DNA of 64,000 bases from Thermoplasmata archaeon (GTDB lineage: Archaea > Thermoplasmatota > Thermoplasmata > Lutacidiplasmatales > UBA184), in NCBI GenBank assembly GCA_052326305.1, contig JBKQPJ010000017.1, positions 6,475-70,474 of the forward strand, written 5' to 3'. Position numbers and translations under genes: made by a program. Below the pieces are notes generated by a model. The model had not been told where the DNA came from and searched no databases. It saw only the letters and a program-made list of their open reading frames with translations. Of this stretch, positions 27,992 to 37,871 are shown one piece after another; position 1 is the first letter of the stretch; every line of letters starts with the position of its first letter.

Positions 27992-29287
27992 TTGATCGAC
28001 ATCGACCTCCTTCGGAGAGAGCCGGCGCGGGTCGAGGCCAACCTCGCCCGGCGGCGGGATCCGGAACAGCTTCGACGGCTCGCGGAGACGATCGCGAAGG
28101 ATGCCGAGTGGCGGGCGTCGCTCCAGGAGGCCGACCGGCTCCGTCGCCGTCGCAACGAGGTCGGCCGACGGATCGCGGAGTCGAAGGCCGCCGGTGCACC
28201 GACCGCCGAGATCGAGGCCGAGGCGAAGTCGCTGCCCGACGAGCTCCGGCGGATCGAGGTGCGCGAGGCCGAGCTCTTGGCGGCCCGCGACGCGCTGCTC
28301 CGCCGGCTGCCGAACCTGCTCGACGAGTCGGTGCCGTTCGGCAAGGACGACACCGAGAACGTCGTCGTCGCGACGTGGGGGACCCCCTCCCCCGGGGGGC
28401 CGCAGCTGCGATCCCACGTCGACCTGCTCGAGGGACTCGGAATGGCGGACTTCGACCGGGCCCGGCGGGCCAGCGGGGCGGGCTTCTACTACCTGCTCGG
28501 TCCGGTCGTCCTTCTCGACCTTGCCCTCCAGCGATTCGCGCTCGACCTCCTGGTCGAACGCGGGTTCACGCCGGTCGTCCCGCCGTACATGCTGCGACGG
28601 GAACCGTACGAGGGGGTCACCGACCTCGCGGACTTCGAGAACGTGATGTACAAGGTCGACGGCGAGGACCTCTACCTGATCGCGACGAGCGAGCACCCGC
28701 TCGGGGCGATGTACCTCGGGGAGCTGCTCGAGGAGGACCGATTGCCGCTCCGGCTCGCGGGGATCAGCCCCTGCTTCCGCAAGGAGATCGGAGGGCACGG
28801 GGTCGACCAGAAGGGCGTGTTTCGGGTCCACCAGTTCCAGAAGGTCGAGCAGTTCGTCTTCTGCCGCCCCGAGGAGTCGGCCGCGATCCACGAGGAGCTG
28901 CGCGCGAACGCGGAGGAGGTCTTCCGACGCCTCGAGGTGCCGTACCGGGTGGTGAACGTCTGCACGGGGGACGTCGGCTCGGTCGCCGCGAAGAAGTACG
29001 ACATCGAAGCGTGGTTCCCGCGGCAGCAGGCATACCGCGAGGTCGTGAGCTGTTCCAACTGCACCGACTACCAGGCCCGACGCCTCGGGATCCGGGTCGG
29101 GAAGGCCGGACGACCCGGCAAGGCGGTGCCCCACACCCTCAACTCGACCGCGATCGCGACCTCCCGGGGCCTCGCCGTACTCCTCGAGCAGTACCAGCAG
29201 CCCGACGGTTCCGTGACCATCCCCTCCGTTCTGCGCCCGTACCTCGGCGGCCGCTCGTCGATCGGCCCCGGTCCGTCGAAAGGGTGA
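27992..29287 (+). CDS. serS: seryl-tRNA synthetase
   Basis: N-terminal coiled-coil arm and class-II motifs (FRKEIGGHGVDQKGVFRVHQFQKVEQF). TTG start giving (M)IDIDLLRREP. Confidence 0.85.
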   Translation: MIDIDLLRREPARVEANLARRRDPEQLRRLAETIAKDAEWRASLQEADRLRRRRNEVGRRIAESKAAGAPTAEIEAEAKSLPDELRRIEVREAELLAARDALLRRLPNLLDESVPFGKDDTENVVVATWGTPSPGGPQLRSHVDLLEGLGMADFDRARRASGAGFYYLLGPVVLLDLALQRFALDLLVERGFTPVVPPYMLRREPYEGVTDLADFENVMYKVDGEDLYLIATSEHPLGAMYLGELLEEDRLPLRLAGISPCFRKEIGGHGVDQKGVFRVHQFQKVEQFVFCRPEESAAIHEELRANAEEVFRRLEVPYRVVNVCTGDVGSVAAKKYDIEAWFPRQQAYREVVSCSNCTDYQARRLGIRVGKAGRPGKAVPHTLNSTAIATSRGLAVLLEQYQQPDGSVTIPSVLRPYLGGRSSIGPGPSKG

Positions 29288-29367
29288 CGGAACCCGCCCC
29301 GGACCACCGGCGCCGTCCCCCGAGGGGAAGCCCCTAAGCGCGGAGCCCTCTCTCCGGCCGAGGACCC

Positions 29368-31080
29368 GTGAGCCCGCAGCGAAGCCTCGACGAGTTCGCG
29401 ACGAAGGGCGAGGAGACGACCCCGTTCCCTGCGCGGAGCGGACGTTCGCACCCGGCTCCCCTGCCCGGAGTATGGCAGGTCGCCGACGGGTGGGTCCTCC
29501 ACCCGTTCCTCCGCCCCGCGGTGGTCCGGGCGCTCCCGTTCCAGATCGACATGGCCCGCATCGGGCTCTCCTCCGACCTCCTCGTCGTACTGCCGACCGG
29601 GCTGGGAAAGACGGTGATCGCGGCGCTCGTCGCCGCCGAGGTCCTCCGCCGCTCGGACGAAAAGGTGCTCGTCCTCGCGCCGACCCGTCCGCTGGTGGCG
29701 CAGCATGCCGAGTCGTTCGCCCGCTGGCTCACCCCGCGGGCGACGGCGCGGTTCACGGGGACGGTGAAGAAGCCCCTGCGAGAAGGGAAGTGGGAGACCG
29801 CGGAGCTCGTCTTCGCGACCCCCGAGCTCGTCCAGAACGACCTCGAGGCCGGCCGCTACCGGCTCGACGAGGTCGGGCTGATCGTCTTCGACGAGGGCCA
29901 CCACGCGGTCGGCAAGTACGCCTACGTCGAGATCGCCGCCCGCTACCGGGCGGACCGGCCGAAGGACGGGCGCGTGCTGGCGCTCACGGCGTCCCCCGGC
30001 GGCCGGGACGAGCGGATCGAAGAGGTGGTTCGCGTGCTCGGCGTCGACCGGATCGAGGCGCGGAGCCGGGAGGACGAGGGGGTGAAAGAGTACGTTCAGC
30101 AGGTCGACATCGACTACCGTTGGGTCGATCTCTCCCCGACCGCCGAGCGGATCCGGGAACTCCTGCAGGCCGCCACCCACACGACGGCCCGCAAGCTCCA
30201 GAAGATGGGATTCCTGAGGAAGAAGCCGATCACCTCGCTCTCGGTCAAGGACCTCATCGCCCTGCGGGCCGAGATCTTCGCCCGGCCCGGCCCCATGGTC
30301 CGACGCTTCGGACCCCTGTTCCACCAGCTCCTCCTTCTCCACCTCCACCACTCCCTCGAGCGACTCGAGACGCAGGGGATCTCGCCGTTCCTCCAGTACA
30401 CCGAGCGGGTCGGGGCTAAGGAGAAGGTCAGCCGCGGGGACGCCGCCTTCCTCAAGCTTCCCGAGGTCGTCGAGTCGCGCCGGATCGCCGAGGAGCTCCT
30501 CCGGACGACGAAGGAATCGTCGCACCCGAAGCTGGACGCCCTGGTCGACCTCGTCCGGGAGACCCTGGCCCGACCGACCGGCCACCCCCCTCGGATCCTC
30601 GTCTTCGCCCAGTACCGCGACACGATCCAGACGATCCAGACGATGCTCGAGCTCCAGGGATGGTCCGTGGGACGGTTCGTCGGCCAGGCGACGCGCGACG
30701 CGGAGGACAAGGGGATGAACCAGAAGGAGCAGGCCCGGGTGCTCGCGGGGTTCCGGGCCGGCCAGTTCCCCCTGCTCGTGGCGAGCAGCGTCGCGGAGGA
30801 GGGGCTCGACGTGCCGGATGTCGATCTCGTCGTCTTCTTCGAGTCGATCCCGAGCGAGATCCGGGCGATCCAGCGGCGCGGGCGCACCGGCCGCACCTCG
30901 CTCGGACGGGTGACGGTCCTGCTCACCCGCGCGACGCGGGATGTCCAGTACCAGGTCGCCGAGGTCCGGCGGGAAAAATCGATGCGCCGGATCGTGCGCA
31001 AGCTCTCGGCCGAGGCCCGTCGCCGGGGCCGGGAGGGGCCCCCGCCCGCCGAGGGCGCCGCGACAAAGGGGAGTCTATAA
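29368..31080 (+). CDS. hef: Hef/FANCM-like SF2 helicase (helicase domains only, no ERCC4 nuclease)
   Basis: PTGLGKT Walker A, DEGH box, SAT motif, QRRGRTGR motif VI. Confidence 0.85.
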   Translation: MSPQRSLDEFATKGEETTPFPARSGRSHPAPLPGVWQVADGWVLHPFLRPAVVRALPFQIDMARIGLSSDLLVVLPTGLGKTVIAALVAAEVLRRSDEKVLVLAPTRPLVAQHAESFARWLTPRATARFTGTVKKPLREGKWETAELVFATPELVQNDLEAGRYRLDEVGLIVFDEGHHAVGKYAYVEIAARYRADRPKDGRVLALTASPGGRDERIEEVVRVLGVDRIEARSREDEGVKEYVQQVDIDYRWVDLSPTAERIRELLQAATHTTARKLQKMGFLRKKPITSLSVKDLIALRAEIFARPGPMVRRFGPLFHQLLLLHLHHSLERLETQGISPFLQYTERVGAKEKVSRGDAAFLKLPEVVESRRIAEELLRTTKESSHPKLDALVDLVRETLARPTGHPPRILVFAQYRDTIQTIQTMLELQGWSVGRFVGQATRDAEDKGMNQKEQARVLAGFRAGQFPLLVASSVAEEGLDVPDVDLVVFFESIPSEIRAIQRRGRTGRTSLGRVTVLLTRATRDVQYQVAEVRREKSMRRIVRKLSAEARRRGREGPPPAEGAATKGSL

Positions 31081-31201
31081 ACCCTCGGTTGCGCCCGCCG
31101 CCCCAGGCCCCGGGTGACGAGGCTAAATACGGCTTTCCGGGTCGAACGCCCCGGCGATTCGGAAGGGTCCCGTGGATTGGATTCTCCAGCATCTCGGCCT
31201 G

Positions 31202-31276
31202 ATGGTGCTCACGGTCGTTTCGGCCGTGCTTACGGTCTACCTCATTTACGTAATGCTCCGCCCCGAGAGGTTCTGA
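31202..31276 (+). CDS. kdpF: potassium-transporting ATPase subunit F (24 aa)
   Basis: MVLTVVSAVLTVYLIYVMLRPERF, a single hydrophobic helix immediately upstream of kdpA. Not in the ORF track. Confidence 0.55.
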   Translation: MVLTVVSAVLTVYLIYVMLRPERF

Positions 31277-31285
31277 GCGGGGTCC

Positions 31286-32998
31286 ATGGCGTTCGAGCTC
31301 CAGTCGCTCTGGGACGTCATCGTCCTCGTAGCGATCGCGATCGCGCTCGCCCCTTGGTTCGGAAGCTACCTCGGCCGCGTCTACATGGACCTGCCGCTCT
31401 TCGGCGACCGGATCCTGACCCCAATCGAGTCGGGGATCTACCGGCTGCTGGGGACCTCCCCCCGCAAGTCGATGCGCGCGGGGGAGTACATGGTCGCCCT
31501 CCTCCTCGTCAATGCCGGGGTCGCGGCCTTCCTGTTCGTCTTCTTCTATCTCCAGGGCGGCCTGCCCGGGAACCCCTCCGGCGTCCCGGGGATGCCCTGG
31601 TCCCTCGCCGTCCATTCCGCGGCGAGCTTCACGACCAATACCAACTTCACCCACTTCACCAACGAGTCCCAGGTCTCTCTCGCCTCGCTCACCGTCGCGT
31701 GGCCCCTCGCCCTCTTCCTCTCTCCCGCCACCGGACTCGCCGCGGTCGTCGCGATGGTCCGCGGGTTCGTGCGCAAGGACGGGACGGTCGGGAACTTCTA
31801 CGTCGACATGGTCCGATCCATCTCCCGGCTCCTGCTCCCCCTCGCGATCCTGGGGGCGATCGTGATGGTGCTCCTGGGCGTCCCCGAAACGTACACCGGC
31901 GTCGTGATGGCCCACCCGATCACCGGCGGGACGCAGGCGATCTACCTCGGCCCGGTGGCCTCGTTCCAGTCGATCTCGCTGCTCGGGTCGAACGGAGGAG
32001 GGTTCTATGCCGCCAACATGGCGAGCCCCCTCGCAAACCCCTCCGCCGTATCGAACCTCTTCGGTACGTTCGTCATGATGTTGATCCCATTCTCCACCCC
32101 GTTCGCTTTCGGAGCGATCGTACGGCGGCGCGGCGAGGCGTGGCCGTACATGGGGGTCATCATCATCGTCTTCGCGATTGCCTTGGGCCTTTTCATCGCC
32201 TACCAGGCGGCCACCAACCCGCTCCTCTTGGGAGTTCACGGCCTCGGTCCCCAGGTCAACGGCTACCCCGTCGGGCAGGAGACGCGGTGGAGCCTTTCGG
32301 AAGGGTCGCTGTTCCAGGTCGTCAGCGTCTATTCGAACGTCGGGGCGAACAACATGGCGATCGGCGCGATCTCGCCGGTCGCCCAGCTCGTCCTCCTGTT
32401 CGGGATGTTCACCCAGAGCACGCCCGGGGGCGTGGGGACGGGATTCGGGACGCTGCTGCTCTTCTCGCTGATGGGGATCTTCGTCGGCGGACTGATGGTC
32501 GGACGGACCCCCGAGTACCTGGGCAAGAAGATCGGCACGAGCCACGTCCGCTGGGCCGCGCTCGCGATCTTGACGCACCCCGCCTTCATCCTGCTTCCCT
32601 TCGTCGTGGCGCTGCTCGGGGGGTACGTCGACCTCAGCGGACCTACGGTCGGTGCGACCACCCACAATTTCACGTCCGTGCTCTACGAGTTCACCTCGGA
32701 GTCGGCGAACAACGGGAGCGCGCTCTCGACCGGGGCGTTCAACGACACCACGCTCTACTTCAACCTCGCCGGAGCCTTGGTGATGCTCGCCGGGCGCTTC
32801 GTTCCGATCTGGGTGATGATCAAGATCGGTGGGCTCTTCTCGGAGCAGCCAACCCTTCCGCCGGGACCGGGCACGTTGCGCACCGCGAGCGGGACGTTCT
32901 CGCTGTACCTCACGCTCTTCCTGGTCATCACGACCGCTCTCATCTTCCTGCCCGTCATGACGCTCGGGCCGCTCTCCCAGATCCTCGGGGGTGGCTAG
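31286..32998 (+). CDS. kdpA: potassium-transporting ATPase subunit A
   Basis: 570-aa polytopic protein with KdpA selectivity-filter-like repeats. Confidence 0.95.
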   Translation: MAFELQSLWDVIVLVAIAIALAPWFGSYLGRVYMDLPLFGDRILTPIESGIYRLLGTSPRKSMRAGEYMVALLLVNAGVAAFLFVFFYLQGGLPGNPSGVPGMPWSLAVHSAASFTTNTNFTHFTNESQVSLASLTVAWPLALFLSPATGLAAVVAMVRGFVRKDGTVGNFYVDMVRSISRLLLPLAILGAIVMVLLGVPETYTGVVMAHPITGGTQAIYLGPVASFQSISLLGSNGGGFYAANMASPLANPSAVSNLFGTFVMMLIPFSTPFAFGAIVRRRGEAWPYMGVIIIVFAIALGLFIAYQAATNPLLLGVHGLGPQVNGYPVGQETRWSLSEGSLFQVVSVYSNVGANNMAIGAISPVAQLVLLFGMFTQSTPGGVGTGFGTLLLFSLMGIFVGGLMVGRTPEYLGKKIGTSHVRWAALAILTHPAFILLPFVVALLGGYVDLSGPTVGATTHNFTSVLYEFTSESANNGSALSTGAFNDTTLYFNLAGALVMLAGRFVPIWVMIKIGGLFSEQPTLPPGPGTLRTASGTFSLYLTLFLVITTALIFLPVMTLGPLSQILGGG

Positions 32999-35141
32999 AT
33001 TGGCCGCCGAGGAGCCGTTCCTCATCGAGCCGGGTGCCCAGGTCTCGGTCCGGCGCACCCCGCACACCTCCTGGCGGCGGGTGATCGCGGACTCGTTCCT
33101 GCACTTCGACCCCCGGCGGCAGATCCGCCATCCGCTGATGTTCTGCGTCTATGCCCTGCTGTTCTTCGTGGCAGCCGTGACGGTCTACCCGCGGGCGTTC
33201 CCCGACATCGCCCGTACGTACCAATCGGGCTACTACCTCGCCACGACGATCATCCTGTTCCTGACGCTCTGGTTCGCGAACCTGTCCGACTCGATCGCCG
33301 AGGCGCAGGGCCGCGCCCAGGCCGACAGCCTGCGGGAGATCCGCAGCGGGATCCGCGCGCGCCAGGTCCTTCCGGACGGGGCGGTCCGCTGGGTCGCCTC
33401 CGACATCCTCCATGTCGGCGATACGGTGGAGGTCCGCCCCGGGGAGCCGATCCCGCTCGACGGCGACGTGATCCACGGGGCCGCCCTGATCGACGAGTCG
33501 ATGATGACCGGGGAGTCGGACGCGGTCACCCGCGAGAGCGGCGGCGACAAGACGAGCGTCCTCGGGGGTACCCGGGTCCTGCAGGGAACCGTCCGCGTGC
33601 GGGTCAGCGCCGCTCGGGGCGAGTCGTTCCTCGATCGATTGATCCGGCTGGTCGAGGGGTTGGGTCGCGAGCCGACGCCGAACGAGATCGCCCTCAGCGT
33701 CCTGCTTGCGGCGTTCACGATCACCCTGTTCACCGTCTGCGTCTCGTTCGTCTTCCTCGCGGACAGTTCGGGGATCGTGACGATCGACATCGCGACGATC
33801 GTGGCCCTGTTCGTCTGCCTCATGCCGACCACGATCGGCGCCCTCCTGCCGGCCATCGGGATATCGGGCGTGAACCGGGTCGCCCGGGCGAACGTGATCG
33901 CGAAATCGGGCAAGGCGGTGGAAGCGTCCGGAGACCTCGATGTCCTCATCCTCGACAAGACCGGAACGATCACGGTGGGCAACCGCCTCGCCGTCCAGTT
34001 CATCCTCGGGCCCGGCGTGTCCGCCGACGAGCTGGTGGAAGGCGCGATGCTCTCCTCCACTCTCGACGAAACGCCGGAGGGCCGCTCGATCGTACGGCTC
34101 GCGGCCCGCCGCAACGTCCCGGTGCGACGCCTCGAGCCGGGGACGTTCAAGGTGATGCCGTTCACCGCCGAGCGAAAGATGAGCGGGCTCGTGCTGGGCG
34201 ATGGCACCGAGCTGTTCAAGGGCGCCCTCCAGGCGATGGAGTCCTACGGCGCCACCCTCGCCCCCGAGCTCCGGAGGGCGGCCGCGGAGGCCGCCGGGAG
34301 GGGGATGACCCCTCTCGCCATCTCTCGGAACAAGCGGGTCCTCGGTCTCGTCATCCTGAAGGACGTGGTGAAACCGGGGATCCGCGACCGGATCCAGGAG
34401 CTGCGGCTGATGGGGATTCACACGATCATGTGCACGGGCGATAACCGCCTCACCGCGGCGGCGATCGCCCAGGAGAGCGGGGTGGACGAGTTCGTCGCGG
34501 AAGCCAAGCCGGAGTCGAAGCTCGAGCTGATCCAGCGCGAGAAGGCGCAGGGCCGTCTGGTCGCGATGACCGGCGACGGGACGAACGACGCGCCCGCCCT
34601 CGCCCGCGCGGACGTGGGGCTCGCCATGAACAGCGGGACGAGCGCCGCGAAGGAGGCCGGCAACATGGTGGACCTCGACAACGACCCGACGAAGCTGATC
34701 CAGGTCGTCTCGATCGGCAAGCAGCTCCTGATCACCCGCGGGGCGCTGACGACCTTCTCGATCACGAACGACGTGGCGAAGTACTTCGCGATCATCCCGG
34801 CGATCTTCGTGACCGCGGGCGCGGCCGGCCTCCCCGGGGTCGCGGTCCTCAACATCCTCGGACTCTCCAACCCCTACCTCGCCGTCCTCGCCGCGCTCCT
34901 GTTCAATGCCCTGATCATCCCCCTCCTGATCCCGCTCGCCCTCGCCGGGGTGCCGTTCCGTCCCCGCACCGCGATCGACCTCCTGCGGAGGAACATGCTG
35001 ACCTACGGGCTGGGAGGGCTCGTGAGCGCGTTCGTCGGGATCTGGTTGTGCTACTACCTCCTCCTCTGGCTCACCGGGATGCCGTTCGTCCACGCGATCG
35101 GGGCGACCGTCGCCCACTTTTTGCCGCTCGGAGGGAGATGA
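32991..35141 (+). CDS. kdpB: potassium-transporting ATPase subunit B (P-type ATPase)
   Basis: DKTGTIT phosphorylation motif, TGDN, GDGTNDAPAL. GTG start overlapping the kdpA stop. Confidence 0.95.
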   Translation: MARLAAEEPFLIEPGAQVSVRRTPHTSWRRVIADSFLHFDPRRQIRHPLMFCVYALLFFVAAVTVYPRAFPDIARTYQSGYYLATTIILFLTLWFANLSDSIAEAQGRAQADSLREIRSGIRARQVLPDGAVRWVASDILHVGDTVEVRPGEPIPLDGDVIHGAALIDESMMTGESDAVTRESGGDKTSVLGGTRVLQGTVRVRVSAARGESFLDRLIRLVEGLGREPTPNEIALSVLLAAFTITLFTVCVSFVFLADSSGIVTIDIATIVALFVCLMPTTIGALLPAIGISGVNRVARANVIAKSGKAVEASGDLDVLILDKTGTITVGNRLAVQFILGPGVSADELVEGAMLSSTLDETPEGRSIVRLAARRNVPVRRLEPGTFKVMPFTAERKMSGLVLGDGTELFKGALQAMESYGATLAPELRRAAAEAAGRGMTPLAISRNKRVLGLVILKDVVKPGIRDRIQELRLMGIHTIMCTGDNRLTAAAIAQESGVDEFVAEAKPESKLELIQREKAQGRLVAMTGDGTNDAPALARADVGLAMNSGTSAAKEAGNMVDLDNDPTKLIQVVSIGKQLLITRGALTTFSITNDVAKYFAIIPAIFVTAGAAGLPGVAVLNILGLSNPYLAVLAALLFNALIIPLLIPLALAGVPFRPRTAIDLLRRNMLTYGLGGLVSAFVGIWLCYYLLLWLTGMPFVHAIGATVAHFLPLGGR

Positions 35142-35824
35142 GCGCCGGTTCCGCTCCTCGGTCCGCCGAGAACCCCTCGGCGCCCTCCTCCGCGGGCCCG
35201 TCGCATTCGCTCGGGGGCCATCTGCGCGCCACCGCGATCCTCCTCGTACTGTCGATCCTCGTCTCGGGGTTCGCCTACCCGATCGTCGTCACGGAGGTCG
35301 CGCACGTACTCGACCCGTACGCCGCGGGGGGCTCGCTCGTACGGTACCCGAACGGGGTGGTCGCGGGCTCGGAGTACGTCGCGCAGAACCTGACGAACCA
35401 TAGCCAGCCCTGGCTGTTCTGGGCGCGGCCGTCCCTCACCGATTATAACACGACGCTCGGCGCCGATACGCCGCCGGGGCCGAGCGACCCGGCCCTGCTC
35501 GCGCTGTTCAATGAGACGCTGAGCTACATGCGGCTCTACGGGAACTTCACGGTCAATGCGACCCTTCCGATCTGGCTGGTCGCCCCCTCCGGCTCGTCGA
35601 TCGATCCGGACCTCGTCCCCGAGGCCGTCCTCGTCCAGGTACCCCGGATCGCCAACAACACCAACCTTTCGGAGCTCGGGTACACCACGCTCAACGAGCG
35701 GATCCAGTTCCTCACCGGCTTCGTCAACGAGCATATCACCCAGCCGCCCCTGCCGTTCGTCGGGGTCCCGTACATCAACGTCCTGAAGCTCGACCTCGCC
35801 CTTCTTCCCTTGATCGGAAGGTGA
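35138..35824 (+). CDS. kdpC: potassium-transporting ATPase subunit C
   Basis: ATGA overlap with the kdpB stop, GGAGGGAG RBS, N-terminal TM helix. Seven N-x-S/T sequons in the soluble domain. Confidence 0.8.
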   Translation: MSAGSAPRSAENPSAPSSAGPSHSLGGHLRATAILLVLSILVSGFAYPIVVTEVAHVLDPYAAGGSLVRYPNGVVAGSEYVAQNLTNHSQPWLFWARPSLTDYNTTLGADTPPGPSDPALLALFNETLSYMRLYGNFTVNATLPIWLVAPSGSSIDPDLVPEAVLVQVPRIANNTNLSELGYTTLNERIQFLTGFVNEHITQPPLPFVGVPYINVLKLDLALLPLIGR

Positions 35825-35827
35825 CCG

Positions 35828-36634
35828 ATGTACCGCAAGATCCTCCTCCCGGTCGCCACCCCCTCCGAGGTCGAGCCGATGATCCGGTTCGCCGCGATGC
35901 TCCTCGATTCGGACGGGGAGGTCCGGATGCTCCACCTGATCCCGGCGTCGACGCTCCCCGAGGTGACGCGCGAGTGGCGGGCGTCCGTGAACCTCGTCGT
36001 CCCGGCCCACGAGGCCGGGGCGGCGCTCGACATCCGCGTCGAGCCCGAGGTCCGCTCCGCGAACGACGTCCCCACAGAGATCCTCGAGAGCGCGGATGCC
36101 CACGAGGTCGACGCGATCCTCCTCACGCTCCGGGGGGACCGGCGGAGCCGCAACCCGCTCGTCGGCCACACGGCCACCGGCATCCTCCAGCACGCCCAGA
36201 TGGACGTCCTCGTCGTCAACCGCCTCGCGCTCACTTCCGACAAGTTCCCGCGCATCCTCGTCACGACGTTCCGGCCGGAACCGACGCGCCGTGTCGTCCA
36301 GCTCGCCGAGGTCCTCTCGGTCCGCAACGGGGGGGCCCCGGTGGTCCTCCTCGCGCTCGGTCCCCGCGGACCCGGCGAGGGGGTGTCGGTCCGGGAGGAG
36401 CGCAGCGAGCGGGGCGTGCCGTTCACCCGCAAGCGCTCGATCTTCTCGGAAGCGCTCCTCGGCCGCCGCCGCCGACTCCCCGAGCTGATCCTCCAGGCCG
36501 CGGCCAAGGAGCGGTTCGGCCTCCTCGTCGTCGGCGAGGAGGACCCCGACGCCGGGGGGCCCCTGCTCACCCGACGATTCCTCGAGGAGCTGTTCCGCGC
36601 CGCCCCGTGCCCGGTGATCGCCCTGCGCAGCTAG
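35828..36634 (+). CDS. tandem universal stress protein (UspA) domain protein, KdpQ-like
   Basis: Two Usp-like alpha/beta repeats directly downstream of kdpC. Confidence 0.7.
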   Translation: MYRKILLPVATPSEVEPMIRFAAMLLDSDGEVRMLHLIPASTLPEVTREWRASVNLVVPAHEAGAALDIRVEPEVRSANDVPTEILESADAHEVDAILLTLRGDRRSRNPLVGHTATGILQHAQMDVLVVNRLALTSDKFPRILVTTFRPEPTRRVVQLAEVLSVRNGGAPVVLLALGPRGPGEGVSVREERSERGVPFTRKRSIFSEALLGRRRRLPELILQAAAKERFGLLVVGEEDPDAGGPLLTRRFLEELFRAAPCPVIALRS

Positions 36635-36641
36635 GGTCGAC

Positions 36642-37412
36642 ATGGGGGAGCTCGCGTTCGTCGGCCTCGGCCTCGACGACGAGCGGGGCCTCTCCGCGCG
36701 GGCGCTCGAGACGCTTCGCGGCGCGGCGGAGGTGTTCGCCGAGGAGTACACCGCCGTCGCGCCCCCGGGGACGCTCGACCGGATCGCGGCGCTGATCGGT
36801 CGACCGGTCCGACGCCTCGAGCGGCCGCTCGTCGAGTCGGAGGCGCCGCTCGTCGACGCGCTCGCTCGATCGGGAACGGTCGCCCTGCTCGTCGTCGGGG
36901 ACCCGTTCGCCGGGACGACGCACGTCGCGCTGCGCCTCGCGGCGGAGCGCTCCGGCCACCGGTGGCGCTACCTGCCCAACGCGAGCATCGTCACCGCCGC
37001 CCCGGGATTCCTCGGGTTCATGCCGTACCGGTTCGGGCGGATCGTCTCCCTGCCGTTCCCCGAGCCCGGCTTCGCCCCCCGCTCCCCGCTCGAACAGATC
37101 GGCTCGAACCGCTCCCGGGACCTCCACACCCTCGTGCTGCTCGACCTCCGGCCCGACGAGGGCCGGTTCCTTACCGCGAGCGAGGGGCTCGGTCTCCTCC
37201 GCGAGCGCGACCCCGACGCAAAGCTGCTCTCGGACCGGGACCCGGTCGCGGTCGCCGCCCGCGTCGGCCGGGACGACGCCGCCGGCTTCTTCGGAGCGTT
37301 CGGCCGCCTGCGCTCCGTCGACTTCGGCCCGCCGATGCACGCGCTCGTCGTGCCGGCGCCCCAGCTCCACTTCGAGGAAGCGGCGGCGCTCGCCCGGTTC
37401 CGGGTCGACTAG
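36642..37412 (+). CDS. dph5: diphthine synthase
   Basis: Tetrapyrrole-methylase fold with LAFVGLGL, LVVGDPF motifs. Confidence 0.9.
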   Translation: MGELAFVGLGLDDERGLSARALETLRGAAEVFAEEYTAVAPPGTLDRIAALIGRPVRRLERPLVESEAPLVDALARSGTVALLVVGDPFAGTTHVALRLAAERSGHRWRYLPNASIVTAAPGFLGFMPYRFGRIVSLPFPEPGFAPRSPLEQIGSNRSRDLHTLVLLDLRPDEGRFLTASEGLGLLRERDPDAKLLSDRDPVAVAARVGRDDAAGFFGAFGRLRSVDFGPPMHALVVPAPQLHFEEAAALARFRVD

Positions 37413-37774
37413 CCGCTCAGGGCGGGGGGCGAGGCGCCGGGCGGGTGGACGGCTTCCGCGAACTGCCGGATGCGGAACGGCCGCAGCAGCACGACGTCGG
37501 GTCCCTGTCCCGCGACGCCCATCACGGGCGGGGGACGGGAGGCCGGGGCGACCACGATCACGCGGAGCTTGGCGTCGATCGCCCGGGCGTCGGCGACGAG
37601 GGCCGCGGGGCTTCCTTCGGCGAGGTTGACGTCCGCGAGGAGGAGCTCCGGCCGGTGCGTGCGAAGGAGGGCCAGGGCCTGGCTCGCCCCTTCCGCTTCG
37701 CCGTCGACCCGGAAGTGGTGCAGGCGCAATAGACCCCGAAGAAGGACCCGAGTCTCCTCGTCGCCCGCCGCCAC
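37409..37774 (-). CDS. single-domain response-regulator receiver (CheY-like)
   Basis: The 121-aa translation has the receiver-domain alpha/beta pattern with an LLLADVNL phospho-acceptor region, and no output domain. Confidence 0.6.
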   Translation of the reverse strand: MAAGDEETRVLLRGLLRLHHFRVDGEAEGASQALALLRTHRPELLLADVNLAEGSPAALVADARAIDAKLRVIVVAPASRPPPVMGVAGQGPDVVLLRPFRIRQFAEAVHPPGASPPALSG

Positions 37775-37871
37775 GACGGCGGTATGCTCCGGCCCCTGGG
37801 GCGCGCTAGACGTACGTCACCATCCTTGCAGGGCGGGTACCCGGCCGCCCTGGTGGATGGATGTCAGTACC

